Both the position numbers and the translations under genes were made by a program. Below, piece by piece: positions 1 through 10,004 of a DNA stretch of 64,000 bases. The stretch spans positions 320,001 through 384,000 of the forward strand of contig CAVVMW010000022.1 in assembly GCA_963749495.1 (NCBI GenBank), written 5' to 3'. Source of the DNA: an uncultured bacterium. Lineage in GTDB: Bacteria; Verrucomicrobiota; Verrucomicrobiia; Limisphaerales; UBA8199. The notes below the pieces were generated by a model, which worked only from the letters and a program-made list of their open reading frames with translations, was not told the origin of the DNA and made no database searches. Positions within the stretch are counted from its first letter, which is position 1. Every line of letters begins with the position of its first letter.

Positions 1-771
1 GACGCACCCGCGGTGCATCCAAAAGCCGATGGGGACCTGGCAGGCCGGGTCGGCGGTGGTCAGTCCCACGTGGCAGAGGTGCGGCATGAGCGCCTCGCAC
101 GCGGCCAGGACCTTGTCCGGCTGCGTGTGCATGTCCATGGTCAGGCCCACGTAGCCGCGCAATTTGTCGGCCAGGATATTGAACGGGGCCTTGAAGATGC
201 CGGCGATGGCCGAGGCGGTCCCGCACTCGGAACGCAGGCGGGCGATTTGCGGGCCGAAGGCATAGAAGTAGGAGAGCATCGCCATGGCGCCTTTGACCAG
301 GGCCAGGTTGTTCCGGTAAGTGGCGGGCTGGCCGATGCGGCTCACCTCGGTCGAGACGCGCGGCAGCCAGACATTGTAAAGAAAGGCCGTCGGGTCGGCA
401 ATGAGGGCGTCGTACTCGTCGGCGCGCATGAAGGCGGCGTCCTCGGGCGGCTCGATGTAGTTGAACCCGGTGGTGTGAGGGATGCCGATGCCCGGAATGC
501 CGTAATACCGCAGGCCCAAGGCCTGGGCCAGGCCGGTCCAAACATAGACCATGTTCGGCACCACGGCTTCCCAGCCAAAATCCTTGGCGGTCTTGACCGC
601 GGCCTCGAAGGCCTTGAAGTAATCATGGGCAACCTCCTGGCAGGTGTAGCCGGCGTACTTGGCCGTGAACTCCGCTACGAAGGGGCGGATGGGGACCATG
701 TCCGGCTTTTCGTTGCGCAACGCGGTGACGTAACGGCTCAGACGCTCCTGGTAAAGTTGCTCCGTATTCAT
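1..771 (-). CDS. Uroporphyrinogen decarboxylase / cobamide methyltransferase family protein, 5' part (runs off window start)
   Basis: Manual translation from ATG at 771: MNTEQLYQERLSRYVTALRNEKPDMVPIRPF...KAPFNILADKLRGYVGLTMDM...WMHRG. Open frame to base 1, with the PDxVP and ADxLRG patterns of this family. Confidence 0.7.
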   Translation of the reverse strand, partial: MNTEQLYQERLSRYVTALRNEKPDMVPIRPFVAEFTAKYAGYTCQEVAHDYFKAFEAAVKTAKDFGWEAVVPNMVYVWTGLAQALGLRYYGIPGIGIPHTTGFNYIEPPEDAAFMRADEYDALIADPTAFLYNVWLPRVSTEVSRIGQPATYRNNLALVKGAMAMLSYFYAFGPQIARLRSECGTASAIAGIFKAPFNILADKLRGYVGLTMDMHTQPDKVLAACEALMPHLCHVGLTTADPACQVPIGFWMHRGCV

Positions 772-885
772 AGCCTGCGGAGCAGGTTAGCGGCGGCAAG
801 TGGATTGGCCAGAAAAAAAGCAGAGGCAGGTCAGTGAAGGCGGAGAAGGAGTGCCGGGCCGAACCCTCACCCCGGCCTGCTCGAT

Positions 886-1105
886 GCACGGTTCAGGGCG
901 TGGGAATCATCGCGCGTCGCGTAGCGACGCAGTGACGGTAGCCGTGGACGTTGGTCCACGGTTCAGGGCGTGGGAATGGTCACGCGTCGCGTAGCGACGC
1001 CTGACAGCCGCGGTTTTCAGGCGTCGCGACGCGACGCGGTTGGGCTTGGGCCATGGGTCCGTGGACTGGAAGTCCACGGCTACCATCGGGCACCGCTACG
1101 CGGTG
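886..1105. repeat. REP/REPIN-like palindromic element (CGCGTCGCGTAGCGACGC family)
   Basis: Nested inverted repeats. Related copies at 46830-47030 and 56652-56852. Confidence 0.7.
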
Positions 1106-1525
1106 AGCTGGGAACAGTGACGCTCCCACCTTCACTGAGAAGGTGTGGAAAAATGCCAAAATGGGCATCATCCCCGAAAACACCCCTCTGTTTTCCTTGG
1201 GATTTTGAAGATTTCTTTGCTGCCTGGCGCCACGAATCGATTTTTTCACACCTTCTGAGGCCTTACGGAAAAAAAGCAGAGGCAGTTGGTTTTGGGGAAT
1301 CCCCATAGGCGCCCGGCTGCAGCGCGCAAGCGCCAGTTGCATCGCGGCCAGTTGCTGCGATAGTAGTGCTGTTGCGGTGGCTGCGGCGGAGGGTTCGCCG
1401 CGAACGAACACCGCACATCAACACCAAATCCAAACTCAAACGATGAGCGAAGCAGACCAATCCATGTGCGCCAAGCCGGGTCATGTCAGTTGGAATGAAC
1501 TGATCGGCCTGCACGAACCGCCCAA

Positions 1526-2311
1526 GTGAGCATTGAGACGGTTCTTGTGACCGGGGCTTCGTCCGGCATCGGGCGGGAGTTGGCCAGGTGTTTTGCGGCC
1601 GATGGCTGCCGGATGATCCTGCTGGCCCGCAAGCGCCAGGCGCTGGAGTCGCTGGCGGAGGAGCTGAGGCGGGCCTACAAGACACACTCGGACGTGTTGC
1701 CGGCGGACCTTGTTGAACCGGCGGCGCCGGCCCGCATCTTCGCCCATCTGGAGAGCCAGGGCACGCGGGTGGACGTGCTGGTCAACAATGCCGGGTTCGG
1801 CGCCCGCGGCAAATTCGCCGAGCTGCCCCTCGAGCGCCAACTCCAGATGGTGCAGGTCAACCTAACCGCCCTGACGCACCTGGCCGGGCTGTTTCTGCCC
1901 GGCATGCTCGCCCGCCGCCGCGGCGGCATCCTCAACGTCGCCTCGACCGCCGCCTTTCAGCCCGGCCCCGGCATGGCCATCTATTACGCCACCAAGGCCT
2001 ACGTGCTCTCGTTCAGCGAGGCGCTGGGTGAGGAACTCCTGGGCACGGGCCTCACGGTGAGCACGCTCTGCCCAGGTCCGACGGAGACCAACTTCACCGC
2101 CGTCGCCGGGGGGCGCAGCTCGAAGTTCTTCCTGCGGGCGGCCATGTCGGCCCAGGAGGTCGCCCGGATTGGGCACCAGGGATTCCGGCAAGGCCGGTTC
2201 GTGGTGGTGCCCGGCTTCCGCAACCGGCTCCTGGCCTTTGGAACGCGCCTGGGGCCCCGTAACATGGTGCGGAAGATCGCCAAGCGCTTCAACGCGGCCA
2301 GCTATGAGTGA
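1526..2311 (+). CDS. Short-chain dehydrogenase/reductase
   Basis: TGASSGIG, NNAG and YxxxK (YYATK) motifs. Confidence 0.92.
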   Translation: MSIETVLVTGASSGIGRELARCFAADGCRMILLARKRQALESLAEELRRAYKTHSDVLPADLVEPAAPARIFAHLESQGTRVDVLVNNAGFGARGKFAELPLERQLQMVQVNLTALTHLAGLFLPGMLARRRGGILNVASTAAFQPGPGMAIYYATKAYVLSFSEALGEELLGTGLTVSTLCPGPTETNFTAVAGGRSSKFFLRAAMSAQEVARIGHQGFRQGRFVVVPGFRNRLLAFGTRLGPRNMVRKIAKRFNAASYE

Positions 2312-2369
2312 AACACATGGGTGGGCGCCCAGTGCGTTATTCTTGCGTTCTTGGGCGGCCTCGGGCTGA

Positions 2370-3701
2370 ATGGCGGGCATGAGATTCTCGGACATACGGA
2401 GCATGACAGGACCCGGGCTGATCGTCCTCTTGTCGGGCCTGACACTCCTGGGGCCGGCCAATCCCCGGGCCGCCGGCCAGGGGCAGGCCAATTGGCCCCA
2501 TTGGCGCGGCCCGTGCGATAATGGCAGCACGGCCCAAGGCGCCTATCCTGTGAAATGGGACGTGACCAACGTCCTCTGGAAGGTCGCCCTGCCGGGCAGG
2601 GGTTGCTCGACGCCGATTGTCTGGGACCAGCGCATCTTCCTCACCGCTCCGGTCAATGGCCTGGATGCCGCGTTGGCATTTGACTGGGCCGACAAACCGC
2701 TCTGGCAGATGGCCTTTGGCCACGAACAGGCCGGCAAACGCGCCAACAGCTCCGGTAGCAATCCCTCGCCCGTCACCGATGGGCGGGGCCTCTTCGTCCA
2801 TTTCAAGAGCGGCTCGTTGGCCGCGCTGGATCTGGACGGCCATGTGCGATGGCAGACCAACCTGGTCGCCGGCTTCGGCCCGGTTGAGATCTTCTGGGAC
2901 CAGGGCACCTCCCCGGTATTGACCGAAAACGCCGTGGTGATGGCCCGACTGCACCATGGCCAGTCGTGGCTGGCCGCGTTCGACAAGGCCACGGGCAAGC
3001 TGCTCTGGAAGGTCGCCCGCGATTACCAGACCGCCGTCGAGGGCGACAACGCCTATACGACTCCCATCCTCATCCGGCACCAGGACAAGGAAGCCCTCCT
3101 GACCTGGGGCGGAGAGCACCTGACCGCCCACGCCGCCGACGATGGCCGGCTCCTGTGGGCCTGCGGCGATTTCAACCCCAAAGCCATGGGCTATTGGCCA
3201 TCCGTGGCCTCGCCGGTCGTGGCCGGCGACATTGCCGTGGTGGCGACTGGCCGCGCCGACCGGGGCCAACCCCGCCTCCACGGCATCCGGTTGGGCGGCA
3301 GCGGCAACGTGACCGCTACGCACAGACTCTGGAAACGCGAGGATATCGGCACGTTTGTCCCCACACCCGCCGAATACCAGGGGCGGGTCTATCTGTTGGG
3401 CGACCGCGGCAGCGTTGAGTGCCTCGACCCCGCCACAGGCGCGACGCTCTGGCACGGCGCGCTGCCCAAGGGCAATTCCAGCTTCTATGCCTCGCCCACC
3501 ATCACCGCCGGCAGGCTCTACGCCGCCCGCGAGGACGGCGTCGTTTTTGTTGCGCGAATCAACAGCACATTCGAGGTGCTGGCGGAAAACAAGCTCAAGG
3601 AGCGCCTCATCGCCTCGCCCGTCCCGGTCTCCAACCGCCTCCTCCTCCGCGGCGAGCGCCACCTGTTCTGCGTCGCCGTAAAAGAAAAGGCTAAAGGCTG
3701 A
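2370..3701 (+). CDS. PQQ-like beta-propeller repeat protein, secreted (start uncertain)
   Basis: Signal peptide, NWPHWRGP, repeated SP/W motifs, C-terminal LLLRG.HLFC typical of PVC-group propeller proteins. Confidence 0.85.
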   Translation: MAGMRFSDIRSMTGPGLIVLLSGLTLLGPANPRAAGQGQANWPHWRGPCDNGSTAQGAYPVKWDVTNVLWKVALPGRGCSTPIVWDQRIFLTAPVNGLDAALAFDWADKPLWQMAFGHEQAGKRANSSGSNPSPVTDGRGLFVHFKSGSLAALDLDGHVRWQTNLVAGFGPVEIFWDQGTSPVLTENAVVMARLHHGQSWLAAFDKATGKLLWKVARDYQTAVEGDNAYTTPILIRHQDKEALLTWGGEHLTAHAADDGRLLWACGDFNPKAMGYWPSVASPVVAGDIAVVATGRADRGQPRLHGIRLGGSGNVTATHRLWKREDIGTFVPTPAEYQGRVYLLGDRGSVECLDPATGATLWHGALPKGNSSFYASPTITAGRLYAAREDGVVFVARINSTFEVLAENKLKERLIASPVPVSNRLLLRGERHLFCVAVKEKAKG

Positions 3702-3781
3702 AGGCTAAAGGCTAAAGTGCAGAACAGCCCGGGGCTCTCCCGGAGTAGGCTTTAGCCTTTAACCTTCAGCCTTTAGCCTTT
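3688..3781. repeat. Inverted pair of GGCTAAA heptamer arrays between convergent genes (possible bidirectional terminator)
   Basis: (ggctaaa)n at 3688-3716 faces (tttagcc)n at 3750-3781. Confidence 0.65.
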
Positions 3782-4800
3782 CACCCAATATACTCCCTCA
3801 TCAACTGCAAATACCGCCGGCAGGTTTCCTTCATATCACCGGGGTGCTTGTCCTCCTCGAGGGAGATATAGCGGCTGAAGCCGACGGCCTTGAGGGCATC
3901 GACGATGGCTTTGAAATCCATCACGCCCTGGCCGACATGGGGGAACTGGCGCATCAGGCCATCAATGTCTCGCGCGTGCAGGTTCATCAATTGCCTGCGG
4001 ACCTTGTGGATGGCCAGGGGCGGGTACTCGCGCTGCAGGAGCGTCCAGCCGGCATCCAGGTTGTAGCCCAGGTCCGGGTCGCGGATGGCATCCCACAGGC
4101 GCAGGAACGACGAGGCATCGGGCACCAGGGTATGGGTGTGCTGCTCGATCGAGAACTTGAGGCCCTGCGCTTTGGCCCGCTCCAGGCACGCCCGCGTTGT
4201 CTTCACGTATCCGTCCCAAACGCGGTCCCAGTCGAAGCCCTCGGCAATATCGATGTGGAATTTCTCCCCCGGTTTCGCATCGGGCAGCTCATAGTAACGG
4301 GGCAGATAATCGCTTGGGCCCTTCAACTCGCGCGCCCAGGGCGCAACGATGTTGATGATCGGCGCGCCCAGCCGTTTGCCGATCCGGCAGCCGGCCTCGA
4401 ACAGGTCCAGCGCCTGCTGGCACTCGTCCGGCTTCGTGCTGGAGAGCCCCTCGACCACAGGCTGAAAGAGAACGAACTGCGACACGCCCAGTCGCCTCTC
4501 CTCCAGCTTGAGCCGATACCGATCCACGCGGGCATCGGTCCAGAAATCCTTGAGATCCCTCCTGGCCGTTGCGATCAATTCGATGCCGTCGAAGCCCAGC
4601 TCGCCGATGATGTCTATGGCCGGCTCCGGATCGACCCCGGGCGAGAAATCATGGAAACACCAGCTCAGGCAGCCGACCTTGGGCTTGCCTTGCGGGCTTG
4701 CCGCGGCCTGGGCGGCCGCGGCCACACAAGGCATGGCCGCAACGGCCAGCGCGGTAGTCTGCAGGAATTGACGACGGTTCATAGCGGGATGCGGGTTCAT
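3781..4800 (-). CDS. Tat-exported sugar phosphate isomerase/epimerase (AP endonuclease 2 TIM barrel)
   Basis: MNRRQFL twin-arginine signal, GFDGIEL, IEQH, NLDAG, HARD, GQGVMDF, SLE motifs. The upstream ORF extension is read-through of a repeat. Confidence 0.85.
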   Translation of the reverse strand: MNPHPAMNRRQFLQTTALAVAAMPCVAAAAQAAASPQGKPKVGCLSWCFHDFSPGVDPEPAIDIIGELGFDGIELIATARRDLKDFWTDARVDRYRLKLEERRLGVSQFVLFQPVVEGLSSTKPDECQQALDLFEAGCRIGKRLGAPIINIVAPWARELKGPSDYLPRYYELPDAKPGEKFHIDIAEGFDWDRVWDGYVKTTRACLERAKAQGLKFSIEQHTHTLVPDASSFLRLWDAIRDPDLGYNLDAGWTLLQREYPPLAIHKVRRQLMNLHARDIDGLMRQFPHVGQGVMDFKAIVDALKAVGFSRYISLEEDKHPGDMKETCRRYLQLMREYIG

Positions 4801-4834
4801 GGTCTGGTCACACAACGGGCCAAGCATGCCCCTG

Positions 4835-6253
4835 TCACCCAGGCCAGTCAATCGCGCATTCGGAGCGCGGACATTTCGTCTGAGGGCCGTTGACAAAGTC
4901 GTAGCGCAGGTTTCCAAACCTGCTGTATCGCCGACTTCCAGTCGGCAGGGCGTCGGCATGTCGAGCGCCCCCGGTTCGCGGACGGCCTGCGGGTTGGAAA
5001 CCCGCGATACAGCAGGTTTGGAAACCTGCGCTACGTTGGCGCCCCGGGCCTCGCACCTCCGCCCCGAAGCGTTCCCAGACGGAAAAATCCGCCTCGCAGC
5101 CGACGGCCTCCAGGGCGGCGCCATCCCAATCGGGGATGGCGAAGGCATCTGGCGGAGACTTGCGGGTGGCCACCTGGTCGGCGATGTAGAGCGCCGTGGT
5201 GAGCGAGAACTGGCGGGGGCCGCCGTCGTTTTCGGGCCGCTCCTGGCAGGCGACGGCGCGGATGACGCTCGGGGGCAGGCCCCACAATTCGAGCAAATAG
5301 GCGGCCAGTTGGGCGGGGCTGGCCCGGAAGGTGCGCAGCAGGACCGGGTTCAGGGGCGAGCGCGCCTGCCGCGCGGCCTTGCACGCAGCCTGGAATTGCT
5401 GCGGAAAATTGTCCAGGAGGATGAGTTTGCCGCTCTCGTGCAGGATGCCCGCCAGAAAGGCCTCCTCGGCCTGGGCCTGGGGCAGTTCTTGTTTCAGGCA
5501 GATGCGCTGGACCAAATGGGCCACCTGCCAACAGTGGTTCCAGAGACGCGGGACCTCGATTTCCAGGCTGCGGACTTCGCTGTAGTGCTTGAAGAGTTCC
5601 TGCGACAACACGACGGCCTTGATCATCCCCGTGCCCAGGCACAGGACAGCCTCGTCCGGGCTGCTGACCAGCGAGCCGCGGCCGAAGAGCGGCGAGTTGG
5701 CCAGTTGGAGGAGCTTGCTCGACAGGCCGGCATCTTTGGCTACGAGCTGCGCGATGTCGTCAACTGAGGAGTGTTCGTTGCCCAGTGCTTTGACCAGGGA
5801 ATAATAGACGCGGGGCAGCGAGGGCAGAGAAGGCAATGAGGCGACGATCTCCCTGAGTCCCTCGTGCTCCATCCGCGCCTGCGCTGTCAAGGCGCGGCCA
5901 ATCAACTCCTTGACCTCGAGCGCGTTGAAGGGCTTGGCGATATATTGGTGCGCCGAGATGACCGTGCTCAACGCCGGGAGATCCACGTAGCCAGACATGA
6001 TGATGCGCACGGCCTTGGGAGCGGCAATCCGCACCTCTTCCAGGAGTTTGCTCCCCGCCAGCCCCGGCATGTGATGGTCGGAAAAGACCATGTCCGGCCC
6101 CTGGGCCCTCACTGCAGCCAGGGCCTCCAGCGGGCTGGTAAAACCGACCACGCGCCATTCCGGATCCAGGCCCTCGATCAACAGCACGACCGACTCCAGG
6201 ACCGCAGGCTGGTCGTCCACGATATAGACCAGTTTCCTCATGCCAGACGGCAA
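4835..6253 (-). CDS. Response regulator with receiver and HDOD domains
   Basis: YIVDD..FSDHHMP..RIIMSG..AHQYIAKP receiver; LPSLP, DAGLSSKLLQLANS, LAGILHESGK HDOD. C-terminal tail reads through a palindromic repeat. Confidence 0.9.
   Translation of the reverse strand: MPSGMRKLVYIVDDQPAVLESVVLLIEGLDPEWRVVGFTSPLEALAAVRAQGPDMVFSDHHMPGLAGSKLLEEVRIAAPKAVRIIMSGYVDLPALSTVISAHQYIAKPFNALEVKELIGRALTAQARMEHEGLREIVASLPSLPSLPRVYYSLVKALGNEHSSVDDIAQLVAKDAGLSSKLLQLANSPLFGRGSLVSSPDEAVLCLGTGMIKAVVLSQELFKHYSEVRSLEIEVPRLWNHCWQVAHLVQRICLKQELPQAQAEEAFLAGILHESGKLILLDNFPQQFQAACKAARQARSPLNPVLLRTFRASPAQLAAYLLELWGLPPSVIRAVACQERPENDGGPRQFSLTTALYIADQVATRKSPPDAFAIPDWDGAALEAVGCEADFSVWERFGAEVRGPGRQRSAGFQTCCIAGFQPAGRPRTGGARHADALPTGSRRYSRFGNLRYDFVNGPQTKCPRSECAIDWPG
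4900..5036. repeat. REP-like palindrome (GTAGCGCAGGTTTCCAAACCTGC family)
   Basis: gtagcgcaggtttccaaacctgctgtatcg ... cgatacagcaggtttggaaacctgcgctac inverted arms. Confidence 0.8.
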
Positions 6254-6347
6254 GATCCTTCACGCAGTTTCATGCGTCCCAATCATACCCATCGCCTTGC
6301 CTGCGGCCAGAAGAAAATCGCGAAGCCGCGCAGGCGGGTCTTCCCTG

Positions 6348-6950
6348 TCACGGGATGGCCTTGAGTTGCTCGGCAGTCCACGGTTGCGAGCGGTTGCCGA
6401 CCTCGGCGCGGACCGCCTTGACCTGCTCGGGCGTGATGGCCGTGGCCTTGTTGCCCCAGCTCTGGCGAATGAAGGTCAGGACGGCAGCCAGGTCATCCTC
6501 GGACAAGGCGGCGCCCATGTTTGGCATCGAGAGGTTCCAGTCCGTGCCGTTGACCTGGACCGGCCCGCTCAGCCCGGAAAGCGGGATGCGGATCACGCGG
6601 CTGGGACTGCCCAGGACCCACTCCGACCCGGCGAACGGCGGGGCCGTGCCCGGTTTGCCCTTGCCGTCGGAGTTATGGCACAAGGCACAAATCTGCTCAT
6701 AAACGGCCCGGCCCCGGTCCAGGGGCGAGCCGCTACCGCGCGGCTGGTAGGCTTGAAGATCGGCCAGCGAGGCATAAGGACTGTACACCTCGGCGGAGAA
6801 CCAACCGCTGTGATGGTCGAAATAGACCATCCCGAGGTAGAGCAGCAGGAACAGCAGGACCAGCAGGGCCACCGGGACCGGTGAGTCCCCGGCGCGGGGC
6901 TCGGCGGCCTCAGAGGGCACTGGCGGGGATTGGGCGGGTGGAGAGGTCAT
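6348..6950 (-). CDS. Membrane-anchored monoheme cytochrome c
   Basis: One TM helix, CALCH heme motif, PPFAGSEWV, distal Met in SMP. Confidence 0.88.
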   Translation of the reverse strand: MTSPPAQSPPVPSEAAEPRAGDSPVPVALLVLLFLLLYLGMVYFDHHSGWFSAEVYSPYASLADLQAYQPRGSGSPLDRGRAVYEQICALCHNSDGKGKPGTAPPFAGSEWVLGSPSRVIRIPLSGLSGPVQVNGTDWNLSMPNMGAALSEDDLAAVLTFIRQSWGNKATAITPEQVKAVRAEVGNRSQPWTAEQLKAIP

Positions 6951-6960
6951 GCGCGCCAGA

Positions 6961-7896
6961 TCAATTTCCCGGGGCGCCGGTTGGCGCTGCGTTGGCGGCG
7001 GTTGTGGCGGCGGCGGGGCCGTTCGTTGCGACTGTTGGGGCCGTTGCCGGCGGTGCCGCAAGGGACAGCGGTGCTTCGAAGAGCGGCGCGTCGGCCCTGA
7101 GGCTGGCCAGGTAAGCCGCCAGCGCCCTGGCCTCGGGTCTGGGGACGATTTCATAGCCCGGCGGGGGAGCCAGGCTGCCGGGCAGGACCAGGGCGTCGGG
7201 CGAAGGGCACCGCTGAATCTTTCGTTTCTCGAACAGAAACCGGTAGGAGGGCATCGTCGAGTCTCTGACTTCCAACCGGGGTTTATACAGGTGGCGCAGG
7301 TGCCAGATCGGATCGGGTTGGCGCAAACTGACGTTCGCCAAGTCCGGGCCGATGCGTTGCGACCCCAACATCACGGGATAATCGAAAAGGAAATCCCTGG
7401 CCACCGTGCGCCGCTTGCCCCATCCCCGCGCGATCTCCGGTCCCACGGGGACGATCCAGACCGCGGCCTTGCCGCCGTTGGTCGTCAGGGCCTTGGCCGC
7501 GGCGTCCGCCGCCGCCGGTGCGAGTCCCTCGAGCACGGGTTTGGGAAGGCCCGACAGCCATTGCCCGGCCTCCGCCTCGGACAGGCCCGGCTTGAGACTG
7601 CGCAACGCGGCCAGCACCGCGGGCGCGTTGGTCCCGGCGTCGCTCAGCAGGACACTGCACGCGGTCCCGTTCTGGCGGACCTGCTGGGTGTGGCAGTCGG
7701 CGCAGCCATTGGCGCGATAGACCTCCAGGCCCTGCCGTGCCAGGCCGGGCCGCCCCTGCGGGTAAGAGATGGCGGTGCCCGGCAGGTTGGCCGGCTGCAA
7801 CTGCCCGATCTGCGCCTGGGGCGTGAGCACGAAGCCGAACCACGAGCCCGCCAGGGCGAAGAAGGCAGCCAGGAACAGCAGCGGACCGTAATTCAT
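6961..7896 (-). CDS. ccoO: cbb3-type cytochrome c oxidase subunit II-like (CcoO/FixO) monoheme cytochrome
   Basis: GLEVYRANGCADCHTQQVR, GSQRIGPDL, WHLRHLYKPR, STMPSY are FixO family motifs. Confidence 0.85.
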   Translation of the reverse strand: MNYGPLLFLAAFFALAGSWFGFVLTPQAQIGQLQPANLPGTAISYPQGRPGLARQGLEVYRANGCADCHTQQVRQNGTACSVLLSDAGTNAPAVLAALRSLKPGLSEAEAGQWLSGLPKPVLEGLAPAAADAAAKALTTNGGKAAVWIVPVGPEIARGWGKRRTVARDFLFDYPVMLGSQRIGPDLANVSLRQPDPIWHLRHLYKPRLEVRDSTMPSYRFLFEKRKIQRCPSPDALVLPGSLAPPPGYEIVPRPEARALAAYLASLRADAPLFEAPLSLAAPPATAPTVATNGPAAATTAANAAPTGAPGN

Positions 7897-9335
7897 GGCT
7901 TGGCCTCCGCCGGTTTGAACAGGTCGGCTGTCAGGGTCGTGTAAGCCGAAAGCGCCCGGACGCGGCAAAAGCGGGCCGCCAACCCGGCGAGGTTCGCCAG
8001 GAACGCCACGTGGCCAAGGGCCATCAGGAGCTCGCCCAGCGTGCTCACCCGTAACCCGTGCAGCGTGGCCTTGAAGATCTCCATGAAGGGAATGTCCGGG
8101 TTCTGGAGTTTGAATCCCTCGATGAGGCCGGCCATCGCCAGCGGCGCCGCCAGCAGCACGATGCCCACCGACGCCAGCCAGAAATGCGCCCGCGCCAGCC
8201 TCGGCCACGGAAATTCGATCCCCATGACCTGCGGCAAAGTCCAGTAGGCCGCGCCGAAAACCACCATCGCGAAGAAACCATAGTCGTTCAACTGGTCCGT
8301 CGCGGGACCGAACCAGGTCAAGTCAGTGACCCGGCTCACAGTCAGGAGCGAGGCCAGGACGCGCATGAAGCCGGCCGCCAGGAAGGCCGCCACGCCAAAC
8401 AGGACAAAGCGCAACGCCAAGCCCCCGCAGACCCGTCCCGAGCCTGAGATTGCCGTCTTCCACACGCTGATCCCCACGGCCAGCAAGGCAACCGTGGTCA
8501 GGACCATTCCCACTGTGCTGAGCGCCGGCATCCAGGCCGGGACCGGCGCGCTGTTGGCAATGCCCCCCCAACTGCCAAACAGCAGGATGAGCCAGAACGC
8601 GGTCATCGCCAGGTAGCGGCTCTCCAGTTCGCGCCCGGTGAGCCGGGGCACCAGGTAAAACACCATCCCCAGCCCCGCCAGCCAGAGCCACACTACCTGG
8701 AGGTTGTTCGCATACCACCCGGCGATGACGGCCTGCAGGACGCCCCGAACCGGAAACGTCACCAGCAGCAATTGGGCCGTGGTGAATATCCACGGAAACC
8801 AGAACAGGGCCGCAAACACGAACCATTGCGACACAAACAGGCGCCGCTCCGGCCGCCGATGAAATGTCAATGCGCCCCAGACTCCGAGAACCAGGTAGCC
8901 GATCAACACCAGTGGCGTAGCGTAGCCCGGCATGTCCAGCGTCTCGAACCCGGTCCGGTCCCCGGCCAGAATCCCCAGCACGCCCACGGTCACGCCAAGG
9001 TTCCAGAAGATCGCGCCGAGGGTGGCCAACCACCGCTGCGCCAGCACGCTCCGGCCCAGGCGCGCCAGCAGCCAAAGCCCGATCCCCAACCCCGCCTGAA
9101 GGCAAAACCCATAGAGCATCGCGCTGGCCGCCGCAGGGCGGACTCGCCCGTAAGTCAGCCACGCGTGCCCGGCCAAAAATTCCGCCGAATGGAACTTGAT
9201 CGAAGAAATCAGCGCGAACCCCGAGCCCAGGAGCAGCCACACCGCTGCGCTCACCAAGAGCACCAGCATCGGCAAACGGCAGGAGACGTCCACCTCGGTC
9301 AGGGCGGCCGGTTGGGGTGGCGGGGGTTGGGTCAT
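7893..9335 (-). CDS. cbb3-type oxidase subunit I-like (CcoN fold) membrane protein lacking heme/Cu ligand histidines
   Basis: ~12 TM; WLTYGRVRP, LFVSQW, ARAHFWL align with CcoN, but the ligand His positions are substituted. Confidence 0.75.
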   Translation of the reverse strand: MTQPPPPQPAALTEVDVSCRLPMLVLLVSAAVWLLLGSGFALISSIKFHSAEFLAGHAWLTYGRVRPAAASAMLYGFCLQAGLGIGLWLLARLGRSVLAQRWLATLGAIFWNLGVTVGVLGILAGDRTGFETLDMPGYATPLVLIGYLVLGVWGALTFHRRPERRLFVSQWFVFAALFWFPWIFTTAQLLLVTFPVRGVLQAVIAGWYANNLQVVWLWLAGLGMVFYLVPRLTGRELESRYLAMTAFWLILLFGSWGGIANSAPVPAWMPALSTVGMVLTTVALLAVGISVWKTAISGSGRVCGGLALRFVLFGVAAFLAAGFMRVLASLLTVSRVTDLTWFGPATDQLNDYGFFAMVVFGAAYWTLPQVMGIEFPWPRLARAHFWLASVGIVLLAAPLAMAGLIEGFKLQNPDIPFMEIFKATLHGLRVSTLGELLMALGHVAFLANLAGLAARFCRVRALSAYTTLTADLFKPAEAKP

Positions 9336-9411
9336 GGGAGCGGATGGGCTGGCCGTTCAGTCGGACCAGTCGGACTGGTCAGACAGGTCAGACGGGTCGG
9401 ACAGATTGCTT

Positions 9412-9792
9412 TCACTCGAAGGGGCTGGGTTTCTCCGGGGCCTTGGGCGGGGCGGCAGTGGCCTTTTCAACGCGGGCGATGAGGTTCGAGCGCGCGGCGG
9501 CGGGGTCCCGCCCCCAGTCGCGTTCGACAATCGCCATCGCCTGGTCGATCGGGAGGCGGACGATGCCCTTGGCCTGGTCGAGCCAGGCCGGGCTGGTGAG
9601 GGCTTCGGCCTCGGCGGCGCGCAGTTCGGTCAATGTCTTGGTGCGCAGGGCGGCGCGCTCCTGGTCCAGCGGCGGCGGCTGCATGTCGCGATGGATGGCA
9701 TACGCCAGCGCCGCCACGATAAGAAACGCCCCGAGCACGCCCGCGGCATAAGCCCAGGCGGTCCGGTCCGGCGCGGCGGGTTGAGCGTTCAT
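9412..9792 (-). CDS. actG: ACIII small membrane subunit (ActG-like)
   Basis: Single TM, WLDQAKGIVRLPIDQAM motif, position directly after actF. Confidence 0.6.
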   Translation of the reverse strand: MNAQPAAPDRTAWAYAAGVLGAFLIVAALAYAIHRDMQPPPLDQERAALRTKTLTELRAAEAEALTSPAWLDQAKGIVRLPIDQAMAIVERDWGRDPAAARSNLIARVEKATAAPPKAPEKPSPFE

Positions 9793-9819
9793 GTTAGGCT
9801 ACTGTTCAGGTGGGGACGG

Positions 9820-9932
9820 GTGGGGCAGACCTCCGGTCTGCCGGTTGCAGGGGCCTCTGGCCCCGAGCCTCGCAAATGCAAGGGACACGGAGCCGGAGGC
9901 TCCGTGAACCGGCAGACCAGAGGTCTGCCCCA
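9820..9932. repeat. REP-like palindrome (GGGGCAGACCTCCGGTCTGCC family)
   Basis: Inverted arms ggggcagacctccggtctgccggtt / aaccggcagaccagaggtctgcccc. Confidence 0.75.
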
Positions 9933-10004
9933 CACCTGAACAGTTACCATTTTAGAATCCGTGTTCATCCGTGTCCATCGGTGGTTGAACTCTCGCCGTG
10001 AGCC

